64,000 bases of DNA from Octopus sinensis. Lineage: Eukaryota. The stretch spans positions 41,354,001 to 41,418,000 of the forward strand of contig NC_043015.1 of assembly GCF_006345805.1 (NCBI RefSeq), written 5' to 3'. The translations under genes and the position numbers were made by a program. Positions 1 to 11,756 of the stretch are shown piece by piece; within the stretch, counting starts at the first letter, position 1, and each line of letters begins with the position of its first letter. Under the pieces are notes generated by a model. It saw only the letters and a list, made by a program, of their open reading frames with translations. It had not been told where the DNA came from and did not search any database.

Positions 1-275
1 CCATCTTTTCAGGATGGAATGTATAAAATGGGATCAAAGGTCGTTAGATTTTAAGAAGAGACAGCACTGAGACTGGTTTGATTCCAATGGTATGGGGATA
101 AATGAGCTTTTAGCAACAAAGAAGTCCACTCGTGAAAAGCTTGACCCAAATGTAAAAGAACTCAGAAGGGTGGGCCTCTGACCAGGCCTTTCGTGACACC
201 CTTATTAAAGCTAGGATCTTATCAACCCACCTTTTTTTTTATCATGAATATGTCATTAGAGGTCCTTGTGCATAG

Positions 276-318
<43 letters not shown>

Positions 319-602
319 ATGATGATGATGATGGTGGTGGTGGTGGTGGTGGTGGTGATGGTGGTGGTGGTAGTGGTGGTGGTAGTGGTGGTGGTGATGA
401 TTTACCACCTAATACAAAAGGAAACACAAGAAGCTGGAAACGTGTCACAAACAAGAACATTATATTAAAACATAAGTGATGAGATGCTCCATCATGGCCG
501 CGGCTACAGTCCAATGACTGATGGCAGCAACGGAACAAAAGAAAACCAGTTCACAGCTGCGGTTATGTTAGACGAAGAGAAATGAAGATTAGATAGATAG
601 AT

Positions 603-641
<39 letters not shown>

Positions 642-1239
642 AAACTATTAGCGTTTTATAGACTAAAGAACAAAGTTTTTCTTTGTGACATTTCATCATC
701 ATGATCGACATCATCGTTTTCGTCATTGTCTTCACTGTCATCGTCATCAGTTCTCATCATTAATATTAGAAAAAAAAGTTTTTGTGAACTAGCAAAAAAA
801 GTATTAGGAGAATTTTAAAAATCCTTTTAATTCCACATTGCTCTTCCTTTCCTCCACCCCAACCAACCTCCCACACTGTCCCTTAAAATAGCAAACAATC
901 CTTAGCTACACACAAGATAAAAAATGCCAGAAAGACAGGTTGGTTCCTCTCAAATTCTTTGTAAACTCTTAAATATATCTCCTTCTGTGTGTATATATAT
1001 ACTACCAAACAAACATGATTTTTATTGAACTCCTAATACTTTCTTGTAAACTGTTTTTAACATGTTCTTATTATTATCAAAGAATGTATATATGTATTTT
1101 AATACTTTTGTGACAACCAGGACTTAACACAAAAAAGCTTTTACAAAGCTTTACATTTTACATTTGACAATCTTTTTCTAAAAAAAGTGAAACCGGTCAA
1201 GTGAATAGACATCTTTTAAAATTGCATTTTCAAACCTTC

Positions 1240-1324
<85 letters not shown>

Positions 1325-1644
1325 TAGAATGATAGATAGATAGATAGATATGTATTGAGTGGCTAAGTTTCCTTTGTGACACAAAAACTGGTTTTTAACT
1401 GGTCCTGCATCAAATGCATGCAAAACGACAGACTTCTGCACAGCAGTTGTTTACAAATTTCTGCCAACTAGGACAAACCAAGGCCATGCATAACTCACTT
1501 TTGTGCATTGAATTTATGAAATAAGAATATTTTAGAAGCTTTCTTATCTAAGAGTCATAAAATTTCCTTGCTTTAAGCTTTTGCACTGAAATTGTGGTTG
1601 TTTTAATAGCAACAATGTATAAGTAACATTATTAGTATTGTTAT

Positions 1645-1960
1645 GGCTCAGTGGTTAGTGTGTCTGGCTCTGAGTCATGAGATAGTTCTTTCCCGGACTG
1701 GATGTTGTGTTCTTGAGCAAGACACTTTATTTCACATTGCTCCAGTTTACTCAGCTGTAGAAATGAGTTGCGACGTCACTGGTGCCAAGCTGTATTAGCC
1801 CCTTTGCCTTTCCCTTGGATAACATCGGTGGCATGGAGAAGGGAGGCTGGTATGCATGGGCGACTACTGGTCTTCCATAAACAACCTTGCCCGGACTTGT
1901 GCCTCAGAAGGTAACTTCTAAGTGCAATCCCATGGTCATTCATGACCGTAGGAGGTCTTG
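1645..1960 (+). mobile_element. tRNA-derived SINE family E (CORE-like middle); copies also at ~25182-25485 (-) and ~36152-36462 (-)
   Basis: ggctcagtggttag A-box-like head and a cttgagcaagacacttt...ctcagctgtagaaatgag CORE-like segment; three alignable copies. Confidence 0.7.
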
Positions 1961-2159
1961 TATTGTCGTTATTATCAAAATGAAGATAATTAACTCATTA
2001 GAGCTGAGAGTTCAAAACTGATGTTTTTGAAATTAGAGACACAAATATACCAAAGAATAAGCCAAACGCCTGTAAGGTGTGATTGGAGTCCCTAATTTTA
2101 ATGCATCAGTAACTTCAAACATATAAAGAAATAAGGCATCATGCTGTAATTTTAAAATA

Positions 2160-2615
<456 letters not shown>

Positions 2616-2886
2616 CGAACAGAGTAAAACTGATTACCTGTTTGAAATTAGTGCCTTAAATATATCTAAAAATATGTTTGACTTCGAAGGTGCCAAAATG
2701 TAAAGTGCAAAATCTAAGTTCGCAACTGCAGTGAACAAGAGAATAGAAATCAGCAGGCTGGAGAAACTAATGGCATGTTTTCCTTACATTCTTTCGGGAT
2801 TATTAAAGCGCTGAAGTAAATCTAATTGACTATCTTCTCCCTCAGTAGAATAGCTAAGGGATTGTGAGAAAAAGGGGCCTATCCCA

Positions 2887-3800
2887 GGTGTGAAATTTTT
2901 TTCCCACGAGAGTTCCAGACCCCAGGATTGAACTCATTTGCATACAGCCAATCAGAGCTCATCTATCAAACTAGTGTCCACCTCGTCACGAAAATATTCT
3001 GGTTGAGTTCAGTGGAAAATGTGTGTTATAGCAAAACGGGTTAGTAGGGGAGACAAATGTGAAATTTAGTGTAGCGGGTAGCAAAGAGCACCATACGAGT
3101 GTGATCATTGACAGAGCAGCCAACCGGCTTCAGTGCCAGTGGCACTTAAACGGCACCATTTGAGCATGATCGTTACCAGCATCGCCTTACTGGCACTCGA
3201 GCCCCGTGCTAGTAGGGTGTTAAGAGCACCATCTGAGCATGATCGTTGCCAGAGTGGCTATCTGGCCTCCGTGCTGGTGGCACGTAAAAGATACCATTCA
3301 AACGTGATCGTTACCAGCATCGCCTTACTGGCACCTGTGCCAGTGGCATATATAAAAGATTCGAGTGAGGTCGTTGCCAGTACTGCCTGACTGGCCCCAT
3401 GCCAGTGGCACGTAAAAGCACCCACAACACTCTCGGAATGGTTGGTGTTAGGAAGGGCATCCAGCTGTAGAAACTCTGTCAGATCAAGATTGAAGCCTGG
3501 TGCAGCCATCTGGTTCACCAGCCCTCAGTCAAATCGTCCAACCCATGCTAGCATGGAAAGCGGACGTTAAACGATGATGATGATGATGAAAGTGAATGGA
3601 GAGCTGCTCACCAATGATGCCATAAGTGTTGCCCATTTGCATAATTTACGAGAAAATGTAAATGAGTGTACTTTCCTAATTTAAAATGTTGGTGTTGATC
3701 TGGAAACAGTAGCACACAGCATGTGGATTGGCTGTATGCAAATGAGTTCGTTACTGGGAGCAGGAACTCTCGTGGGAATTAAAAAAAAAAATTCGCACCC
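2887..3800. mobile_element. MITE-like element with ~70-bp terminal inverted repeats, split by a family C retroelement
   Basis: 2887-2953 is the reverse complement of 3726-3799 (cccacgagagttcc...gaactcatttgcatacagccaatc). Confidence 0.7.
3081..3588 (+). mobile_element. Family C non-autonomous retroelement: tandem ~65-70-bp units, common 3' end and (GAT)n tail
   Basis: gtggttggcgttaggaagggcatccagctgtagaaa...ggacgttaaacgatgatg recurs at ~36745-37170, 39255-39805(-), 41475-41963, 45470-45812, 49485-49655(-), 50095-50478 (two copies, opposite), 57417-57965, 63148-63535(-) and 63541-63926. Confidence 0.8.
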
Positions 3801-4017
3801 AGGCGACACTCTTATGGAGCGGCACTTTTGGATCTTCTGTACAAACCTGTATAGAAATAAAAGCTATTGTTTGCGATTTAGAGTAATTTGACGGCACCAT
3901 ATGTCAAGGACAAGCCCTTGGCAGTCAGACAGCTTTTGTAATTTAAATCGATAACATAAACATTTTTGGTACCTATAAAAAAAAATTAATAGAATATTTC
4001 AAAGTAATTTATTAAGG

Positions 4018-4195
4018 AATGGCTGTGTGGGTAACAAGAGACTCACTTTGCAACAGCGTGGTTTCAAGTTCAGTCCCATTGCGCAGCCCCTTGGGCAAGC
4101 TCCTAATTATTATAGCCTCATGAGTGGATTTGGTAATCCGAAACTGAGTGGAAGCCCATTGTTAGAGAGAGAAAGATAGATAGATAGATAGATAG

Positions 4196-4230
<35 letters not shown>

Positions 4231-4902
4231 GATAGGTAGAGAGAGAGAGAGAGAGTGTGTGTGTCCAAATCCAGGTAAAAAAAGTCACAGGGGTTTTGTC
4301 CGAGGGTTTTATCCTAGCGAGGTTTTGTCAGGGTCCCACAAATTAATTGTGACTTTTTTTTCCTAGCCAAAATAGTGACTTTATCACTGTGACTTTTTTT
4401 AACCTGTGACTTTATTACCTGTCACCGTATTTCCTATCATCACTTGACAACAGGTGGGTACTAGTTAAGAACAGTGGTCCCGGTGTGCGCACTCGCGTAC
4501 TCGCGCATCCGCGCTAGCTAGTCATGACTAGTCGATCTTTACTTTGTGTTTTTGTGTGTTATTTACTTTGTTTAACAAAAATTATTTAGTGTAAAAAAAT
4601 GATTTATTTTGTGTTTTATTTACTTTGCTAGGTAGTCGCTGTAGGATCGACTAGTCACGACTAGCTAGCGCGAGTACGCGAGTGCGCGCACTGGGACCAC
4701 TGTTCTTAAGTACTACCCGACTGGTGTTAGTCTAGTCCCCGTAAACTAACACCCGATCAGTTCGGCAAAGAAACCGACAGAATAAAGTAACAAACTTAAA
4801 AAGAAGTAAAAAAACAAATATTCGAGTTGATTTGTTCGACTAATATCCTTCAAGGTGATGCCTCAGCATGGCCGCAGTCCAATGACTGAAACCAGTAAGA
4901 GA
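4018..4902 (+). mobile_element. Diverged SINE family A copy carrying two nested insertions (4272-4426 and 4456-4718)
   Basis: Head at 4018-4160; the SINE body cacttgacaac...ctggtgt is interrupted at 4456-4718; tail at 4850-4902. Confidence 0.7.
4456..4718. mobile_element. MITE/foldback element with ~80-bp GC-rich terminal inverted repeats and an AT-rich core
   Basis: gggtactagttaagaacagtggtcccggtgtgcgcactcgcgtactcgcgc... pairs with ...gcgcgagtacgcgagtgcgcgcactgggaccactgttcttaagtactaccc. Confidence 0.8.
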
Positions 4903-6132
4903 TACTGTCGAAGAGAGCTGAATGTTTTCAACGATATTTGGCGTTCATAATGTGTGGCAGAGATCTCGTGTTTACTTAAAAGCGTTTGACAAATTCTTTA
5001 TATCACATTATCCATCTTTTACTCATGACACTTCACGAGGTACAAAGAATAGCGAAGAGGAGAAACTAAATAGTCGATTCACTGTAACATTAACCATTAA
5101 CTCTGCGAGTGAACCCTCGAGATTTTGTCTCCTCTTAACCTTATAAAAAATACATGTTTTTAGTGAAATTTCTTTGTAAATATCTTTCAGTTGGTGCAGA
5201 TTCCGATTATTTCGGAATTTAATGTGAAAAGGAAAGAAAAATGTTGGAGGGCGCACCCATACAGATCTACAAAATGAAATGGAATTTTTAAAAATGTGAT
5301 ATTTGATTCTATGTCCGCGTGGTCACCAATTTAAAAAGATTTTTTTTTTCACACTAAATTCCGATATAAACGTAATCTACACATCCTGAGACGTGTTTGC
5401 AGAAAATTTTATTAGAAAAATATCTATTTTACTGAAAGTTATAAGGAAACAAAGTCGATGGGGGGCACATTTCTATAAGTATGCCCAGAATCACTCTTTT
5501 TGATGCGCCATGTAGTTTGAAATTTTCTGATTTTATGTCTTTAACACTGCTGAAGAAGAAAGAAATGTTTGGTGAAGGACCACAAGATCTTGAATTGCCC
5601 ATACGGCATTAAATCGAGGAGAGGAATGCTTTCTTTGCTCGACAGAGCGATACAAGAAATGAGACTTCAACAGCTTTCATGAACTTGCTCTGAAATATGC
5701 TTTCATTAAATGCCCATTTAATCTTTTGGATGGTGCCAAAATACATCACGATCATAAAGATATTGATGAAGAATTCAGTATTTTATTGCTGTTTAATTAT
5801 TAAAGACGGGAAACAGACATCGAAAGAGGACTCGCCCTCTTTCGCCTCGAGCTTTAGCAGTTTATTCAAGAGCGTAACCTTGGAAAATCGGTTCCAGATA
5901 TAATAATGATAATAATGGTCAACTTTCCTGGTCATAAGAACAAAATGACGTAATGGGTGAGAAACTAATGTGGTTTCGAAATTTGGTTTTCCTCCACTTT
6001 CTTCCCCGCAAATAAGTCTCTGATACAGATCAGCAAAAACTATATTGGCGAGTGTAAACCAAACTCATTCTACCAACGACAAACAAATAATATATCCATA
6101 ATTACCATTATTTTATAAAATAAATTACATTT

Positions 6133-6358
6133 TGTTGTGTCTGGGGAGAGTCATTCTCTTTTGGTGCCTTATAATTTAACACACTCACCGGTAAAATTTC
6201 CACTTTTTTCTTATTTTTATTGTCCTAAAATTTTCGTTGCTTCTTGCAACCTTTTCAATAGTTTTGACTCTTAAAAATAAGAAAAAAGTGGAAATTTTAC
6301 CGCTTAGTATGTTAAATTATAAGGCACCAAAAGAAAATGACTCTCCCCAGACACAACA
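6133..6358. repeat. Inverted repeat (~87-bp arms, ~52-bp spacer), probably a Penelope-like element terminus
   Basis: 6133-6219 is the reverse complement of 6272-6358 with few mismatches; the spacer holds a hammerhead-like motif. Confidence 0.75.
6222..6268 (-). ncRNA. Candidate minimal type I hammerhead ribozyme (U3-A8 variant)
   Basis: Minus strand reads GTC-aaaa-CTA TTGAAAA g GTTGC aagaa GCAAC GAAA ATT T TAG GAC. Confidence 0.4.
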
Positions 6359-6741
6359 GAATATGCTTCAACACACGAACTCATATAAAGAATCTTGCAA
6401 ACCAAATCCAAAAACGGGATCCCCAAAAACGAAATATAAATTACATTTATTTTATATTTATTTTAATTCAGAAAAATGAAGACTGAGAGGTCAGAAAAAG
6501 ATTTGGCTGCTATTTCTAGCAGGCTTCTGTCGTTGACTCGAGTATGATCCAATAAGGGAGTGACGTGGAGGGAGGGGGCAGCAGGTTGCATTTATGTGTA
6601 TGCATGTGTGACAGCACATATGAATGTATGTACGTGTATGACTTTATACGTATATGTATGTAGTGTGTGTGTGTGTATGTGTGTGTATGCGTGCGTGTGT
6701 GTGTGCGTGCGTCACTTGTGACCGACCCACCCTAAGATTAT

Positions 6742-7056
6742 TGACTTTGCACACGTTACTCTTCGGTCATTTCCGTGTGTATGTGTGTATATCTACATGT
6801 ATGTATGCTTATGTATCTTATGTGCGTATGTGTACAAGTGTGCGTGTGTGTGTATAGCTACGCGTCTATGAGCCTATGTGTATAAGTACGTGCGTGCATC
6901 TGTATGTGTACGCCTATGTGTGTGTGTGCGTCTCTACATTTGCGCATGTGCACTTTCGCGTGAGTGCATCTATTATACATACACATATATATGTATATAT
7001 ATGTGTGTGAGTGTGTGTGTCTCACTGCAAATGCGTGCGTTGCGTGCATGCGTGCA
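6742..7056 (+). promoter_or_regulatory. Cluster of metal-response-element cores (TGCRCNC) plus an overlapping ARE-like motif upstream of MT
   Basis: TGCACAC 6748-6754 (+); GCGTGCA 6892-6898, GAGTGCA 6962-6968, GCGTGCA 7042-7048 and 7050-7056 (-); TGACtttGC 6742-6750. All lie in TG/TGCG-rich sequence, so chance matches are possible. Confidence 0.55.
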
Positions 7057-7388
7057 AAATGCCTACATGTCGTTTTCCTCTATGCGTTTATGTCATTCTA
7101 CGCGTTAACGTATGCGCGTCTCTTACTTTCCCCCCTCTTACCTATCCTCTTCATCTCCCCCCTTCGTATGCGCCTACGTTCAACGCAAGCCTCCCCTTCC
7201 TCCCACTCCGTCTATCCCTCTGTCAAAAGTGGTTAACAGAGTCAGACATTAAACAGCTTCAATAGACACACACACATGTCTACATGACCACTTGTATTTA
7301 AAACTTACATACACACGCATATACACACCATATACACACACATATATAGTTCTATATACATATAGGATATATATCAGTGGCAGCCGTC

Positions 7389-7395
7389 TATAATA
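7389..7395 (+). promoter_or_regulatory. Candidate TATA box of MT (TATAATA)
   Basis: About 115 nt upstream of the ATG, followed by ATG-free, CA-rich 5'UTR-like sequence. Confidence 0.45.
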
Positions 7396-7505
7396 CGTGT
7401 TTTTCCGTTACTACAACAGCATAAACACACTTCACCAGAGCAACAACAACAAAGTAGACTTTGTTGTCCTTCCATTGAATATATTAAACTTCTAAAGCAT
7501 CAATC

Positions 7506-7536
7506 ATGCCAGACAGTTGTTGCTGTACCTTGGAGG
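7506..7536 (+). CDS. MT: Metallothionein, coding exon 1 (MPDSCCCTLE-G)
   Basis: ATG in caatcATGc context. Cys-Cys-Cys, then GAG G|gtaagt consensus donor (phase 1). Joins in frame to the Cys-rich exon at 22559. MRE cores and a TATA-like box lie upstream. Confidence 0.85.
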
Positions 7537-7559
7537 GTAAGTTTTTTGGGGGAAAAAAC

Positions 7560-7742
7560 GGTCTTTCATCCCTTTTTATATCCATCTATCTGTCTATCCA
7601 TCTTTCTTTCTGTCTATGTCTAGCCTTTTGTCTTACCTGTTCATCTCCGTCTAAATCCGTCTGTTTATCTATGTCTGTCTGTCTCACAGCTGTCTAACCC
7701 AATGAGGGAGTCTATGCCTATTTATCAATGTCTATTTATCAG

Positions 7743-7799
<57 letters not shown>

Positions 7800-8420
7800 G
7801 TCTGTCTGTCTGTCTGTCTGTCTATGTCTAGCTATTTGTCTTACCTGTTCATCTCCGTCTATATCTGTTTATCTATGTCTGTCTGTCTCATTGTTGTCTA
7901 ACTGTCTGTCTAACTATTTACATGTTGGTTCGAGTATGATCCATCGAGGGAGTCTGTGTCTATTTGTCAATGTCTGTCTATCTTTCTGTCTATGTCTAGC
8001 TATTTGTCTTACCTGTTCATGTCCGTCTATATCTTATTGTCTGTCTATTTACATGTTGGCTCGAGTATGAGCCAATGTGGGAGACTGTTTATATCTACCT
8101 GTTCATGTCCGTCTATATCTCTCTATTTATCGATCTATTTCTCTGATTGTCTATATATCTGTCTGTCTATCTATCTATCTATCTTTATTTCTCTATCTAC
8201 CTATCTATTTCTCTGTCTATCTATTTCTGTCTGTCTATATATTTCTGTCTATCTATCCTTCTGTCTATATTTATCTATTTCTCTGTCTGTTTATCTATCT
8301 GTCTATCTATTTTTCTATATATGTCTGTCTATCTATCTATCTCTTTCCCTATCTATCTATCTATCTATCCATCTGTCTATCTATCTATCTTTCTTTCTTT
8401 TCAATATATCACCTGTCCTT
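7560..8420 (+). repeat. (TCTA)n/(TCTG)n microsatellite region with three degenerate longer repeats, in MT intron 1
   Basis: ctgtctatgtctagc...tgtcttacctgttcat recurs at ~7610, 7818 and 7987. Confidence 0.85.
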
Positions 8421-8739
8421 TAGTAGCCATCATTCTATCTCTTTCATTTCCATTCTGTGTTGTACTTACAAACCGATCCGATCCGTCGTCAAACAGTAGT
8501 TCCCTATCATTTTACTGCTTTTTGTTTATGACAAGAACCCTACAGCCTCCCCACCCCATTCCCACCCCCCAAGCAAACCCTCTCTGAAGAAAGGGGTGCT
8601 GTAAGGGACCCGCCACGGCCCTTATCAAGGAGCAACTTCGTTGAATCCGCAGAGAGAGAAAGATCCTATAAATGGCGATCAAGAAAAAAGATATGCGTTT
8701 CAATATTTCATATATAAACACTTCGGTTAAGGTCATTTA

Positions 8740-8965
8740 TACCAGTTATTGTCACCCAAATCTGTGGGTCCCGGACTCATTTTGCTATTAGTTATTGGTA
8801 TCGAAATCTGGTGAACCCTAAGCGCTTTATTTGCTTAGTATTATCAACTGGTTATTGCTATAGAAATTAGTGAATCTCTATTTGCTTATTGTTATCAACC
8901 GGTTATTGCTATCAAATTAGGTCTTATACTATATTTACTTAATGTTGTCAACCGATTATTATCGA
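8740..8965 (+). repeat. Degenerate ~50-bp tandem repeat (about 4 units)
   Basis: tatttgctta.t.ttatcaac.ggttattgctat recurs. Confidence 0.6.
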
Positions 8966-9510
8966 AAATGCTTCAAATGATCACAGTAAGCGGCTTCTAT
9001 TGTGCGTACATGTATGTGTGTGTGCATATATATATATATATATGTATATATATATGTATGTATATAATTCGTTAGTTTCCATAACATTGGACAATAAACA
9101 CGGAGTCCAGGAAACGCGAGCCAACGTGGTCGTTCGGCTTGTTAGAAATAGCAGCCAAAATCTCCATTAAAATCAAACTTCAGTGTGAAGGGAAGGACAG
9201 TTCTACCCTAGATGTCTATCCCCTGGGGGTCTGAAGGGTTGATCTAGATTTCTTAACTTTATACAGCCAATCTTATATGGCTTACAAGCATAAAATGTTT
9301 TCGTGAACGGAAACAAAACTACTACGTAGTATTTGAGATCTATTCTTTCCATTCGTTTAATTCTAACATGTACAAAGTTGTCGCACCGACTACCTATTGA
9401 ACCATTGAGCATTCTCGTTGATCAGTCAATTGGTAACCTAAACTAAGATTGTACTAAAGTTTGTGCGCCAAACTACGAGTGTGTGTGTGTGTGTGTGTGT
9501 GTATAAACAT

Positions 9511-9676
9511 TATCTTCGAAATAGTCACCTTGCGCAGCACTGCCCTGGTCCCCGCGTTCCTGGCGCTTTTAGAATCCGGCCTGGAAGTCGTTTTCCATAA
9601 GAGAATCGAGAACCTTCTGCAATTCGTTCCGGATTTTCGACCACGGTGTCAAAACGGCGACCTTTTGAGCTGCCTT
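9511..9676 (-). pseudogene. mariner transposase C-terminal remnant
   Basis: With frameshifts, the minus strand reads LKRSPF/KGRRFDTVVE, then NELQKVLDSLMENDFQAGF*K.QER, then AAQGDYFE, matching the mariner C-terminal G.YFE ending. Confidence 0.7.
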
Positions 9677-9687
9677 TGTGCGTATAT

Positions 9688-10020
9688 TACGAAGTGGTAT
9701 TAAAAGGTTTCCGCAGCGCGCCAATACATGGCAGCACGTTCGCGTGCGCACTGAGAGCTAGAAGTGGCCCTTTATAAGGCCATGTGCCGAGTGACATCGC
9801 TGTGTTTACTTGGCAAATTGTAAAATTTTGATATTACGTGTATGCTGTAGTCTGCGATTTTTGTCATGGGCAGGAATTTGGAACAGAAAGCCAACGTGAA
9901 ACATTTGGTAAATTTGCGTTGAACTTTGGAAAGTCAGCTCCAGAAATATTGAGCATGCTTAGGGCGATTAGGCAATGGGCCGTGCGCAATGTTTCGAGGG
10001 ACACGAGCGCTTCAGAAGCT
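9688..10020 (+). pseudogene. mariner 5' end and N-terminal HTH remnant
   Basis: TA-cgaagtggtattaaaaggttt TIR-like start; EQKANVK...FGKSAPEILSMLR / AMGRAQCFEGHERFRS resembles the mariner N-terminus. Confidence 0.7.
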
Positions 10021-11061
10021 GTGTGTGTATTTATAAACTCACATTTTACCCCCTCGTTGGCACTTTGATTTAACCCTTTGAACTTTATATATTTGAACTT
10101 TAAAGTTTTGTTTATATTTTCAGTTGATAGGTTATTTTTTCGAGAGATATTTTCGGAGTCTGTCAGTAACCACTGCCACATTCATTAAAGCAATTATTTA
10201 TTTAATTATAATGTTTGCAAATACTACTAACCCACAGAGTTTCGCCAAAAAACAAACAAACATTTTTCTGTCAGTTTGTCAACTTAGTTTCTGACACCAA
10301 ACTTTAGTGTCTGCTGAAAACATCAGCTTGATCTCTCTGCCTTAAGAAAATAAATTGAAGTCTAAATAATCTGTTACAATCCTGAAAGAAGGGGAAAAGA
10401 TCGGGCTTTTTGAGCCTTAACATCTTTGCTTCATCGGTTGTTGGATCACAGCTGACCTCAGGCTAAATAAGCTACACTACAACTCTTATACGCGCTTTCA
10501 CACACATCCCTGGCCTGCGTGTGTGTGTGTGTATAAATGTATGTATATATAAATATATCTGCACAAGTATGCACCCTTCGACTTTGTTTCCTCATAACTT
10601 TGAGAAAAACGGATGCTTTTTAATGGAATTTTCTCCAAACACCAGAGAGTCTAGATTCCAGTTACATCGAAATTTCATGGGAGAAAAAAATGGGCGTGCA
10701 CACATAGTGACATGCCTCACATATATCTACAAAATATTAAGCTTCATTTTGTAATATAGTATTTGTGTGTGAGTGCGCGCGCCCAACCATCTTTTACATT
10801 GAATTCCGTTTATATACACACACACATATATATATGTCTTTACTACCCACAAGGGGCTAAACACAGAGGGGACAATCAAGGACAGACAAACGGATTAAGT
10901 CGATTACATCGACCCCAGTGCGTAACTGGTACTTTATTTATCGACCTCGAAAGGATGAAAGGCAAAGTCGACCTCGGCGGAATTTGAACTCAGAACATAG
11001 CGGCAGACGAAATACTGCTTTATACGTATGTATATATATATATATGTATATATATCTCCTA

Positions 11062-11235
11062 ACCGACTTTGTTTCCTCATAACGGGATATTTTTAATGCA
11101 ATTTTCAACAAAAACGTTGCAGTTGATGTAGGTACCAATTGTATTGGAATCTACACCATCTGAAACGCATCTGTAGAAAATTCCATTTTTAAAAAAATCT
11201 ATTTTTTCTTAAAGTTATGAGGAAACAAAGTCGGT
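11062..11235. mobile_element. Small MITE with 22-bp perfect inverted repeats; related pieces at ~5240-5480 and ~10570-10700
   Basis: accgactttgtttcctcataac ... gttatgaggaaacaaagtcggt. Confidence 0.65.
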
Positions 11236-11756
11236 GGTGGGGGGCACGCTTGTATAAGAAGTTTGTTTTGAATCACATCATCTGAGGTGACTTCAGTGAC
11301 GTCTTTCAGAAGACTTGATCTGGATTGTTGATGGCTAAGACCAGGAAGCATCTTAGATGTTGGTGTCAAGGGCTTGGATTGGGACATTTAAAGCAGATAC
11401 GAAGTTTTTTGATCACCATACAATGTCTTTTCATATTTGAGGTGTCAGCAGAATAAATTTCAAAAATTTGGTTCCTAAGGTTAAAGTTTGGGATATAGCT
11501 AGATATAAATAATGAAGTGGCTAAAGTTAACCTTTCTCCCCGAGCTAATAATATCAATTGTAATGATTCTAAAGAATTCTGTTTGATTTAAATATGTGAT
11601 GGCTGAGAATAGAGAGGAGCGTTTGTCCATGACAGGCAAACGGACTTTTGCTTCAAGAACAAAGGTTCAACATTTTATATTCTTATTTTTGCATCACTAA
11701 AAGAAGCGCTGCAAGTTTCAGGTGTTCACAGGTTAAATAAATATATGGTATCAAAT

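Noticed and set aside
193-538. Poly-D/M/V/H/P ORFs, and similar ORFs at 7702-8587, 30968-31279, 35380-35766, 37411-38716 and 40149-40514
   Set aside because: Translations of (GAT)n, (GGT)n, (TCTA)n, (TACA)n and (TA)n microsatellites; no splice context or protein motif.
700-1560. UTR-like AT-rich sequence suggesting the end of a neighbouring gene
   Set aside because: No coding exon or unambiguous poly(A) site could be assigned within the window.
3081-3588. CRISPR-like appearance of the repeated units in family C
   Set aside because: Units are similar along their whole length with no unique spacers, are dispersed with (GAT)n tails, sit in a eukaryotic context, and have no cas genes nearby.
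11366-11557. Minus-strand ORF ending KKLRICFKCPNP, reminiscent of a BEL/Pao gag zinc knuckle
   Set aside because: The CCHC motif is incomplete and no LTR or pol sequence was seen.
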